DNA from: Candidatus Cloacimonadales bacterium
Lineage (GTDB): Bacteria > Cloacimonadota > Cloacimonadia > Cloacimonadales > JAIOQZ01
Assembly (NCBI GenBank): GCA_963662655.2
Contig: CAXXTU010000002.1
Coordinates: 2,976,001-3,040,000 of the forward strand
DNA: 64,000 bases
Direction: 5' to 3'
Shown: positions 44,252 through 53,442 of the stretch, one piece after another
Numbering within the stretch: the stretch's first letter is position 1
Layout: every line of letters starts with the position of its first letter
Position numbers and translations under genes: made by a program
Notes under the pieces: model-generated
The model's input: the letters and a program-made list of their open reading frames with translations, nothing else
The model's database searches: none
Told to the model about the DNA's origin: nothing

Positions 44252-45449
44252 AACCAATGTGCTCAATCCGGTTTCGCCGGATTCGGTACGGCTTCAACGA
44301 GATTGCATCATTCATATTGAGGACGGAACGATTCGCGAGATCGCTTCCGACGGCGATTTCGATATCGATCACAGCGATTGCATCTGCATCCCGGGCCTGA
44401 TTGACACCCACGTTCACCTTTCACAATACAACGTACGCGGCATGCACGCCCCGCATCTGATCCAGTGGCTCGAGAAATACATTTTCCCCGAAGAAGCGAA
44501 GTCGTTCAATCCCGAATACGCCTACCAGGTAGCGCAGGATTTCTTTGATGCCTTGATCGAGGCCGGGACGACGACCGCGGTCCTGTACGTTTCCGCTTCG
44601 AGGGAAGCGACGGATATCGCTTTCCAGGTGGCGCAGGAGAAAGGAATCCGCGCGATCATCGGCAAAGTGATGATGGATGTGAATTCTCCCGCTACACTTC
44701 AGGAGATGCCCGAGAAGGCGATGAAGGACAGCCTGGCGTTATATGACGCATGGCATGAGCGATCGTCGCTCCTCGGCTATATTTTCACGCCGCGCTTCGC
44801 TCCGGTATGCAGCGCGGGGATGATGCGAGAGATCGGGAAGGAAGCTTCAAGGCGCAAGGCGTATATTCAGACGCACCTTTCAGAGAATCTGGACGAGATC
44901 AAGTGGGTGGGAGAGCTTTTCCCGGAAAGCAAGACCTATACGGACGTCTATGACAGAGCCGGATTGCTCACGGAGAAAACGCTTCTCGGGCATTGCATTC
45001 ATCTTTCGGATGAGGAAATGGCCATCATCAAGGAGCGTGGGGCGAAAATCACCCATTGCCCCGATTCCAATTTCTTCCTGAAGAGTGGCGCATTCCCGTG
45101 GCACAGAACCGAAGCAAGCGGAATCGATTTCGCGCTTGGCAGCGATGTAGGAGCGGGAACCACGCTTTCGATGCTGGAGATCATGAAAATGGCGATCTAC
45201 CGGCAGGAAAAAGCGCTAAGCCCGAGCGAGGTATTCTACAGGGCAACCGTTGGCGGCGCCAGGGTGCTTTCGCGTCAGGACGATCTGGGAATCCTCGAAA
45301 AGGGCAAGCAGGCCGACATGGTCTTTGTCCGCATGCGTGATATTGCTTCCAGGATGGGGGAGGAGTTGCTCTCCACGATGATCTATTTACCCGATTCACG
45401 CACGATTGAATCGGTCTACGTGCATGGAAATAGAATTAGCAATACATAA
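44238..45449 (+). CDS. guaD: Guanine deaminase (amidohydrolase)
   Basis: PGLIDTHVHLSQ; WLEKYIFPEE; TPRFAPVCS; QTHLSEN; HCPDSNFFLKSG; GSDVGAG. Confidence 0.85.
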   Translation: MPKIKTNVLNPVSPDSVRLQRDCIIHIEDGTIREIASDGDFDIDHSDCICIPGLIDTHVHLSQYNVRGMHAPHLIQWLEKYIFPEEAKSFNPEYAYQVAQDFFDALIEAGTTTAVLYVSASREATDIAFQVAQEKGIRAIIGKVMMDVNSPATLQEMPEKAMKDSLALYDAWHERSSLLGYIFTPRFAPVCSAGMMREIGKEASRRKAYIQTHLSENLDEIKWVGELFPESKTYTDVYDRAGLLTEKTLLGHCIHLSDEEMAIIKERGAKITHCPDSNFFLKSGAFPWHRTEASGIDFALGSDVGAGTTLSMLEIMKMAIYRQEKALSPSEVFYRATVGGARVLSRQDDLGILEKGKQADMVFVRMRDIASRMGEELLSTMIYLPDSRTIESVYVHGNRISNT

Positions 45450-45473
45450 ACCTGTTAGAAACTTGGAGGATGA

Positions 45474-47138
45474 ATGAAATTAGTCGAATGTGTACCGAAT
45501 TTCAGTGAAGGAAGAGACAGAGGTATTCTCGATGAAATATCGAACGCGATCCGCACGGTCGCGAAAGTGACGCTTCTGGATGTCGATCCCGGGCAGGACA
45601 CCAACCGTACCGTATACACGATGGTAGGCGAGCCGGACGCTGTGGTTGAAGCGGCGTTCCAGGCAATCAAGAAGGCATCCGAACTGATCGACATGTCCAA
45701 GCATTCCGGAGCGCACGCGCGCCAGGGCGCATGTGACGTATGCCCGTTCGTGCCGGTATCGGATATGACGATGGACGAGTGTGTGGAACTCGCGAAGAAG
45801 CTCGGCAAGAGAGTCGGCGACGAGCTTGGCATACCGGTTTATCTATATGAGTACGCCGCGAGCAAGCCGGAATGGAAGAACCTGGCTGTCGTGCGCAAGG
45901 GCGAATACGAAGCGCTTCCCGAGAAAATGAAAGACGACTATTGGAAACCGGATTTCGGTCCGCAGGCGTTCAACAAGAAATCGGGCGCAACTGCGATCGG
46001 CGCGCGCGAGTTCCTGATTGCCTACAATATCAACCTCAATACACGCGACAAGAAGAAGGCGAATGAACTGGCCCTCAGCATCCGCGAGAAGGGCAGAGTG
46101 AAGCGCGACGCGAAGGGTAAGATCGTCAAGGACGAGAATGGCGAGAAGGTCTATGAGCCCGGATTCTTCACGGAATGCAAGGCGGTGGGCTGGTACATCG
46201 ACGAATACAACCGCGCGCAAATCAGTATCAATCTGACAAATTACAAGATCACGCCTCCGCACCTGGTTCTGGACAAGGTGCGTGAACTCGCGTGGGAAAA
46301 CAATATCGTTATCACCGGCAGTGAGCTCGTGGGACTGATCCCCAAAGAGGCCATGATCATGTCCGGTAAATATTATCTCAACAAGATGAACGAGAGCCCG
46401 GGTGTGCCGGATGCGATGATTATCGAGACCGCCATCCAGTCGCTGGGACTGGAAGACCTCGGCCCGTTCGACGTGCAGAGCAAGATCATTGAATACGCGA
46501 TCGAGGACAAGAACAATCTGGTGAACATGAAGCTCAACGACTTCATGGATGAGCTTTCCAGCGATTCTCCCGCTCCCGGCGGCGGAAGCGTTGCCGGTGT
46601 TTGCGCCGCGCTCTCCGGCTCCCTTTCAGCGATGGTCGCAAACCTGACTGTCAACAAGAAGGGCTACGAGAAAGTTCAGGATGTGGTCAAGCCAATCGCC
46701 GAGGAAGGCCAGGACATCAAAACGGAAGCGCTGTATGTGATCGACAGGGACACCGACGCCTTCAATGTCATGATGGACGCGAATCGCCTGCCGAAGAAAA
46801 CCGACGAGGAAACCGCGATCCGCGAACAGGCGATCGAAGCTGCGACCCAGAACGCAATCCAGGTCCCGCTCGAGACCATGAAGATTGCCCTCAAGGCCGT
46901 CAAACTCGCCCAACGTGTATCCGGCGTCGGTAACGAGAATGCGCTCTCTGACGCGGGTGTTGCTGCCATCACAGCTAACGCGGCCGCCAAAGCGGCGTAC
47001 CTTAACGTCATGATCAACATGGCCGGCATCACCGATCAGATGTTTAAGGCCAAAACCATCGACGAAGCCAAGCAGATTCTCAACGAGACCAATCAGATTG
47101 CTCTGGCTGTGGAAGAAGAGATCAAAGCGAAGCTGTAG
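45474..47138 (+). CDS. ftcd: Bifunctional glutamate formiminotransferase / formiminotetrahydrofolate cyclodeaminase
   Basis: LVECVPNFSEGRD; GAREFLIAYNINL; C-terminal SDSPAPGGGS domain. Confidence 0.93.
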   Translation: MKLVECVPNFSEGRDRGILDEISNAIRTVAKVTLLDVDPGQDTNRTVYTMVGEPDAVVEAAFQAIKKASELIDMSKHSGAHARQGACDVCPFVPVSDMTMDECVELAKKLGKRVGDELGIPVYLYEYAASKPEWKNLAVVRKGEYEALPEKMKDDYWKPDFGPQAFNKKSGATAIGAREFLIAYNINLNTRDKKKANELALSIREKGRVKRDAKGKIVKDENGEKVYEPGFFTECKAVGWYIDEYNRAQISINLTNYKITPPHLVLDKVRELAWENNIVITGSELVGLIPKEAMIMSGKYYLNKMNESPGVPDAMIIETAIQSLGLEDLGPFDVQSKIIEYAIEDKNNLVNMKLNDFMDELSSDSPAPGGGSVAGVCAALSGSLSAMVANLTVNKKGYEKVQDVVKPIAEEGQDIKTEALYVIDRDTDAFNVMMDANRLPKKTDEETAIREQAIEAATQNAIQVPLETMKIALKAVKLAQRVSGVGNENALSDAGVAAITANAAAKAAYLNVMINMAGITDQMFKAKTIDEAKQILNETNQIALAVEEEIKAKL

Positions 47139-47157
47139 TGTTTCACATTATACTATT

Positions 47158-47188
47158 GAAACCGCGGATGAATAACATTCGCGGTTTC
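47158..47188. terminator. Hairpin between convergent genes, probably a bidirectional terminator
   Basis: GAAACCGCGGATG/CATTCGCGGTTTC. Confidence 0.7.
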
Positions 47189-48273
47189 TATTTATATATG
47201 TGTGTGGACTCCTTAATATAAGCACGTACATCCCGTTCATTTTTATACCACGAATATGTAAATGGTTGTAATCTGGAGTCTAATTTATCATTTATGTACT
47301 TCTCAAAATCCTTCTTTAGTTCGGGGTAATTATTTATTTTCCCTACGCACCCTTTTTTTAAGGTGATTGACCATGGTTGGCTTTTGTCAATCTGCATAAA
47401 CTCGAGCAAACTCTCAACATTATCTTCAATAGATAACATCGAGTTAGGCATAAAACCGTTTTTCATGTACACTAATTGAAATATCATTTCAAGAGCATAC
47501 CATATCAAGTAAGTTCTATCGACAAAGGATGTGTGCACATAAAAATGTGTCCATTTATACACATGTTTCAAAATATTCGCATCAAATGGAAATTCGATCA
47601 TCTTCATGTCACTCATTGTTTTTTCGATAACAAAATCCAGAATGAATGATGGTCTTATTCTTACTTCATTGTTAAGGTTATCTTTTACACGAGACAATCC
47701 GATTATTTCTTTAGAAATAAGCTCTATTGCTTGTCTTATTTGAAAAACAATGACGGGCCTGATGTCTCCTAAATAACCGAACTGCGAATCTACTCTTGCT
47801 CCAAGCAAGAATACTTTTTTTGCAGCACTAATGATTTCAAAGGAGTTCATTGCTCTATTGACTGATGTTCTTTGCTTAAGATTATTGTTCGTTTTCAATA
47901 TATAGTACTCAACCCAAAAAACCAATTCCTCAATATCAAATAAAAAATTATATACGAGATCAGATGAATGTGATATTCTTCCTTTTTTAATGAAATCATC
48001 GAGGAAAACAGCATATTTCTGAGCAACAAGAATGTTGTGTTTTACATAACTTATAATTGCCCTTTTCCGAATTGGCTTTCTTGAAAAGACAACAGCTGAA
48101 ATTTTACTATCGGGAAACGACTTACTTCTCAAAGTGACATTTGCAAAACGATCAAACCAATGAAGGAAGCTATTTACAGCATCAATCAGGTCAGCACTCT
48201 TTTCAAGTTTTTCTCTCTTGCTTCTTTCTGCATCTATCAACCCCCTTAACAAATCAATCTCTTCTATATGAAT

Positions 48274-49620
48274 GGCACTGTTGCATATTAAGTGGGTGAA
48301 TGGGTATTCAGATATCCGCAACATTGCAGAACCTTCAATCTGAAGTATGAGAAGTCCTTGTATCCATACGCTCTCTTTATAATGGTTCGAATGACGTTGT
48401 TAACCGCTTCTGCCTTGGCATTCGTGATTCTATGCTTGAACCAGTTCAACACAATATGCAATCTCTTCATAATCGTTCTTGCAAGTGCCTTCAGTGGCTC
48501 GAAGACGGTTTTCTGAATAACTCTGCACCACTCTTCAATCATCGGCTTCGCTTCTTCTTGCGTAATATCGTCTTCGAAAATCGATAGTAAATCTTCTTTG
48601 AGCAAATAGGCTTCGTAAAGGGGATGATTTAGCGTCTCCAGTTTCTTGAGTCGGGCTTGATGGTTTTCTTTGTGATTGTGTTTTCTGGTCAAAACCAACC
48701 ACCGGTCGTGTTTCTTGCTCTGACGCAACTTGTCAGATTCAAAATCTCTCTGAAGTTCTCGTCGTACTTCTTCCACTTTTCTGTTGACCAGGCGGCTGAA
48801 ATGGAAACGATCAAATACGATCATATCGGCACTCCAACACTCGGAAACAGCGCCGATATATGAACCACTGAAATCCATTGTTACGGTATCAATCCAGCGG
48901 AGTCGTCGTTCGTATTTTCGAAACAACTCCTTCGCACTTTCTTTCGATTTGCCCATTGTCAGGTCGATCACACACCCGTCCTCATGGTTTGTGATAACCG
49001 TTGCATACTTATGCCTTCGCTTATAACCAATCTCGTCAATTGCAATCTGATCGACATTCGGAACTCGTCCTCTATAACCCTTTTCCAACTTGGATAACTC
49101 AATTTTGTCGATTCGATAAATCGTACTCCGATCCACACCGAATATCCGTGCTACAGAAGCATTGTCTGAACGAAGCGTGAACTAGAGAACCTTATTGCCG
49201 AAGTCTTTAGAGTGTCGATTGAGACCCTCGGCAATATCCTGTTGTTCAGTTTTCACTCCACACTGAGCGCAGTTGATCCGGCGAAGCGTCAGCACAAGTA
49301 CTACGGGACGACAGGATATGGATGCATGAAGAATTTTGCGGACTCGATGATCATAAACTGCTCCCACAATACCGCATGTAGGACAACGTGGCTCATCTTC
49401 CTTTCGAACATGGACTTCAATGCATGGATAAGTTTGATACGTACCTTCGATTATCTGGTCGGCAGAATAACCTTGCAAAGCCAACAACGTTTTACAGACT
49501 TGTTTTCTGAGAGGATCATTCATCTCTATCTCCTTGTTGTGGTGATTAGGAGATTGTACGAGATCGGGTGATTCCTCTCAATCTTTTTTTCGACTTACCC
49601 ACTAAGTTTGCAACAGTGCC
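48274..49620 (-). mobile_element. ISL3-family insertion sequence (1347 bp)
   Basis: Terminal inverted repeats GGCACTGTTGCA...AGTGGGT (21/24 match); 8-bp target duplication ATATGAAT at 48266-48273 and 49621-49628. Confidence 0.95.
48288..49523 (-). pseudogene. ISL3 transposase with an in-frame TAG at 49184-49182
   Basis: CPTCG...CAQCG zinc finger; IAIDE, TMDF, VFDRFH, TNAKAEAVNN, KRAYGY; the two ORF-track pieces are in one frame (...NKVL*FTLRSDNASVARIFGVDRS...). Confidence 0.9.
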
Positions 49621-49784
49621 ATATGAATATATCCATTCTTACTAATGGTGTACAATTTGTCGAGCTGCATTCTTATATCGTTGATTCCCATATAGTCATT
49701 CTCCGATAATGGTTAATTGGAAAAACGTTTATATGTTAAATGTTGTTGAAAAAACTGTCAAGAGTCTTGCAAATGTTCTCAAAT

Positions 49785-49820
49785 AAAAAAAACCGTCCTC
49801 ACCCAGAGAGACGGCTTTCT
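49785..49820 (-). terminator. Terminator after secF
   Basis: CCGTC...GACGG stem next to an A-tract (U-tail on the minus strand). Confidence 0.65.
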
Positions 49821-49845
49821 ATTTATTGCCTTATGCAATGTGTAA

Positions 49846-50769
49846 CTAATTTCCGCGCTTGATACCTTTCTTCTGCTCGCGTTTGAGGAAGTATTCCACC
49901 ATGATCGGGCTTGCGATAAAGATGGAAGAGTAGGTACCGACGACGATACCGATCATCAGAGCGAACGCGAAATCGTGGATCACGGTACCGCCGAAGAGGT
50001 ACAGAGACAACACCACGATGAAGGTGGTGAGCGATGTAATAACGGTACGGTTGAGCGTCTCGTTAATACTGTGATTGATCACGCTTTCGTATGATTCGCG
50101 ACGGTAAATCTTCAGGTCTTCGCGGATACGGTCGAACACAACGATGGTATCGTTGAGTGAGTAACCGACGATGGTAAGCAGCGCAGCAACGATGTTGAGG
50201 CTGATTTCCTTACCGACGATGGAGAAGATACCGACGGTGATAAGCACGTCGTGGAAGAGCGCTGCAACAGCAGCTACACCGAAGGTGAACTGGAAACGCC
50301 ACCAGATGTAGAGGATGATTCCAAGAAGCGAGTAGAAGATAGCCAGAACGGCTTTACCGCGCAGCTCGCGACCGATCTTCGGACCGATCTTTTCCTGTGA
50401 ACGGGCTTCCACTTCGTATTTCGGGAATTTCTCCGTGATCTTCGCAATAAGCTCTTCGCCTTCGCCTTCAGCTTGTTGAGTCTTGATCAGATAGTGGTTG
50501 GTGCCGCTGTATCGCTGGATTTCGGCGTCTTCGTAGCCGCCGTCTTTCAACGCGTCGCGAATATCGCTAACGTTGATTTCGGCCAGTCCTTCTTCCTGAG
50601 GAAGAATGGTGATTTCCACCGAGACACCGCCAGTGAAGTCGATGCTGTACTTTGGTCCGCCCTGGATGACCAGGGAGATGATCCCCGCAAGGATAATCAG
50701 ACCAGAGACGATGAACATCGTTCTTCTTTTTCCGACAAAATCTATTGATGTATCTCCGAATATTCTCAT
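49846..50769 (-). CDS. secF: Protein translocase subunit SecF
   Basis: IDFTGG; IGPKIGREL; ALFHDV; GYSLNDTIVVFDRIRE; GTYSSIFIA. Confidence 0.97.
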   Translation of the reverse strand: MRIFGDTSIDFVGKRRTMFIVSGLIILAGIISLVIQGGPKYSIDFTGGVSVEITILPQEEGLAEINVSDIRDALKDGGYEDAEIQRYSGTNHYLIKTQQAEGEGEELIAKITEKFPKYEVEARSQEKIGPKIGRELRGKAVLAIFYSLLGIILYIWWRFQFTFGVAAVAALFHDVLITVGIFSIVGKEISLNIVAALLTIVGYSLNDTIVVFDRIREDLKIYRRESYESVINHSINETLNRTVITSLTTFIVVLSLYLFGGTVIHDFAFALMIGIVVGTYSSIFIASPIMVEYFLKREQKKGIKRGN

Positions 50770-50777
50770 GGTGCCTC

Positions 50778-52523
50778 CTAGATGCTCAACGACTTTCGTG
50801 GTTTGTTGCCAATCATACCGTCGAAGATCGCTCGCACCAGAATAATGGATGCGAACATCGAACCGATGATACCGATGGAAAGCGTAACCGCAAATCCACG
50901 GATCGGTCCGGTTCCGAATTGATACAGCACAATCGCTGTGATGAGGGTCGTAATATTGGCATCGAGGATGGTGACGATCGCGCGGCTGAATCCTGAATCG
51001 ATCGCGGAACGAGCCGTCTTACCGGTTCTGAGTTCCTCGCGAATACGTTCGAAGATCAACACGTTCGCGTCAACCGCCATACCGATGGTAAGAATCATAC
51101 CCGCGATACCCGGAAGCGTAAGGGTTGCTTCGAGCATGGTAAGCGCTGCCAGGATGAAGCCAATGTTCACGATCAGCGCAAGGTCGGCGATCAGGCCCGA
51201 AAGCTTGTAGTAGACAGCCATGAAGAGCGCGACCACGATCAAGCCGATAACGGCTGAAAGGAATCCGGCCTTGATACTGTCGGATCCGAGAGTCGGGCCA
51301 ACACTGCGTTCCTGAATGATGGTCACAGGAGCGGGAAGGTTACCGGCCTTGAGGACGATGACCAGATCCTGTGCTTCTTCTTCGTCGGCAAGACCTGTGA
51401 TACGGCCTTCGCCGAATATCTTGTCCTGAATGGTCGGAGCCATGAATACCGTGTTGTCCAGCACGATGGCCAGTCTGCGATTGATATTCTGCCCGGTTAC
51501 GCGTGCGAAGCGACGGGAACCTTCACGGTTGAACTCGAGCGCCACGTATGCACGGTTCGCTTCACGAGGATCGTCGCCCTGCCCGATGGCAACGCGTGCG
51601 TCCGCGAGATACTGTCCGGTAACTTCTGCCTTGTCTACAACCACATAAAGCGGGCGCGGCTGAGATGGCTGCTTCTTGTTCTGCTTGCCGATCAGCACTT
51701 CGAGGCCAGCTGGAATCGCCCGTTGGAGTTTCTCGTCATTAAGAAGCTCTTGAAGGAGAACGATGTTCTTCTCTTCGACCATCATAGGATAGCCGGCATA
51801 AGAAGAAACCTGGCTGAATAGGTGCTTTTTGTTGATCTCGACGACTTCCGTTTCCTCTTCGGCAACGGTCGTGTCTTCCTCGGTTGCTGTCGAATCTTCT
51901 TCGTCGAATTCGATCGGGGTTTCGATATCCTCTACAACTTCGGCAAACTTTGCCAAAGCGGGATACTGAACAGAATAATGCTCGTCGTAGCCCATCTCGA
52001 TTTCTTTGTCGAGGCGATCGTAGACTTGCTTGATCTGTTCGTCTTCAGCGACAAGCTTGAATTCAAGCAACGCTGTTTTCTTGATCAGGTCCTTGGTGCG
52101 ATCGAAGTTCTGAACTCCGGGCAACTGAAGGATTATCCGGTTCTTACCGGGTGATCGGGTCAATATAGGTTCGGCAACACCGAATTGGTCAATACGATTT
52201 CGTATGATTTCCAGTGCGGCTTGAACCGCTTCTTCATGCTGGTCTTCCGGGATCTCAGTCTCCGAGAAATCCACTGCCAGGTCAATTTGCATACCACCCT
52301 GGAGATCAAGACCGAGCTTGAGCAATTTGTTGGTCCAGAGGCGCATGGTGTAGTCGGTATCATCATCTCCCGACTTTAATAAATAATCCCACGGTAACTT
52401 CGATGTAGCCAGCTGATCCGCGAGGGGAGACTTCATTGACTGAAGCGTCAACGGTACTAAAAAGTACGCAATTGTCACCAGTACAACGACGATGATAATC
52501 GTTCTTAATCGTGTTTTTTTCAT
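50778..52523 (-). CDS. secD: Protein translocase subunit SecD
   Basis: LGLDLQGG; RIDQFGVAEP; VGPTLG; GMAVDANVLIFERIREE; start could be 52523, 52529 or 52532. Confidence 0.97.
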   Translation of the reverse strand: MKKTRLRTIIIVVVLVTIAYFLVPLTLQSMKSPLADQLATSKLPWDYLLKSGDDDTDYTMRLWTNKLLKLGLDLQGGMQIDLAVDFSETEIPEDQHEEAVQAALEIIRNRIDQFGVAEPILTRSPGKNRIILQLPGVQNFDRTKDLIKKTALLEFKLVAEDEQIKQVYDRLDKEIEMGYDEHYSVQYPALAKFAEVVEDIETPIEFDEEDSTATEEDTTVAEEETEVVEINKKHLFSQVSSYAGYPMMVEEKNIVLLQELLNDEKLQRAIPAGLEVLIGKQNKKQPSQPRPLYVVVDKAEVTGQYLADARVAIGQGDDPREANRAYVALEFNREGSRRFARVTGQNINRRLAIVLDNTVFMAPTIQDKIFGEGRITGLADEEEAQDLVIVLKAGNLPAPVTIIQERSVGPTLGSDSIKAGFLSAVIGLIVVALFMAVYYKLSGLIADLALIVNIGFILAALTMLEATLTLPGIAGMILTIGMAVDANVLIFERIREELRTGKTARSAIDSGFSRAIVTILDANITTLITAIVLYQFGTGPIRGFAVTLSIGIIGSMFASIILVRAIFDGMIGNKPRKSLSI

Positions 52524-52635
52524 CAGCATCAACTCCCTTGATTATGATCTTCTAATGCTGTAAAGTGTGCCCACTGCAAGTATCTTGTTAAATAAACACA
52601 GGGGTCTAACAACAAAATTCATCGCTTTATACGCG

Positions 52636-52938
52636 TCAAGAATTTTGTCCACTACTCATAAATCCAATTTCTTTGTCGCCGGCTTTTTCATAGGTTTTGA
52701 TCGTGCCGTGCTGCTTCTCGTAGTTTTCAATGTTCGCTTTAAGAATATTGAAAAATTGTTTTGCGTGCTGCGGTGTAGTCACAACGCGACTATAGATTTT
52801 CGCTTCCGGAAGACCCGGCATCATGCGGCCGAAATCCAGGACGAATTCCGACGGCGACCACGCCATCATGAACATATTCGAATACGTTCCTTCGCCTACC
52901 TGCGCATCTATTTTCACGTTTATTTTCTGCTTCTGCAT
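52636..52938 (-). CDS. DUF3467 family protein
   Basis: EGTYSN...SEFVLDF...SRVVTTPQHAK...YEKQHGTI. Confidence 0.85.
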   Translation of the reverse strand: MQKQKINVKIDAQVGEGTYSNMFMMAWSPSEFVLDFGRMMPGLPEAKIYSRVVTTPQHAKQFFNILKANIENYEKQHGTIKTYEKAGDKEIGFMSSGQNS

Positions 52939-52952
52939 GCGATTGCTCCTCT

Positions 52953-53435
52953 CTATTTATTACGGTGTTTCTCAATCAGGATTTGTTCCACGATGCCGGG
53001 AACATATTCGGAAAGGCTTCCTCCCAGATGGATTACCTGACGCACCATGCTGGAGCTCAGGTAAAGATACTTGTGATCCGGAAGAAGGAACATGGTCTCG
53101 ATATCCGAGTTCAGGTTGCGATTCATCAGCGCGAGAGAAAGCTCGTACTCGAAATCCGAAACGGCTCGCAAGCCACGGATCATGACCGCCGCGCCTGTCT
53201 TCCGGGCAAACTCGACAGCCAGGCCGGAGAATCGGGTTACCTTGACGCACTCGATTCCCTTCAACGCTTCCGTACACACTTTTTCGCGCTCTTCGAGATC
53301 GAGATACGTGTGTTTGCCCGTTGTTTCTGCAACCGCGACGATCACCTCATCGAATATCCTTGTCGCTTTCTTGATAATATCGATGTGACCGAATGTGATC
53401 GGATCGAATGTCCCCGGGTAGATCGCTCTGGTCAT
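52953..53435 (-). CDS. coaD: Phosphopantetheine adenylyltransferase
   Basis: AIYPGTFDPITFGH; RGLRAVSDFEYE; SSSMVR. Confidence 0.97.
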   Translation of the reverse strand: MTRAIYPGTFDPITFGHIDIIKKATRIFDEVIVAVAETTGKHTYLDLEEREKVCTEALKGIECVKVTRFSGLAVEFARKTGAAVMIRGLRAVSDFEYELSLALMNRNLNSDIETMFLLPDHKYLYLSSSMVRQVIHLGGSLSEYVPGIVEQILIEKHRNK

Positions 53436-53442
53436 CGGTTCC

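Larger units (their letters stand above)
47188..49691 (-). pseudogene. Low-GC gene (382 aa reconstructed, HEPN-like motifs) interrupted by an ISL3 element
   Basis: Removing the IS and one target duplicate joins MGINDIRMQLDKLYTISKNGYIH (ATG 49691, GGAG RBS) in frame to IEEIDLL...; upstream TTGACA-17-TAACAT on the minus strand (-35 at 49761-49756). Confidence 0.8.

Noticed and set aside
49182..49184. Genome-wide TAG recoding or pyrrolysine
   Set aside because: TAG ends several intact genes here (uvrA, ftcd, secD, secF, glyQ), and no pyl genes are in the window.
47139..49847. att sites or integron attC around the low-GC gene
   Set aside because: No convincing direct repeat, integrase or RYYYAAC/GTTRRRY pair found.
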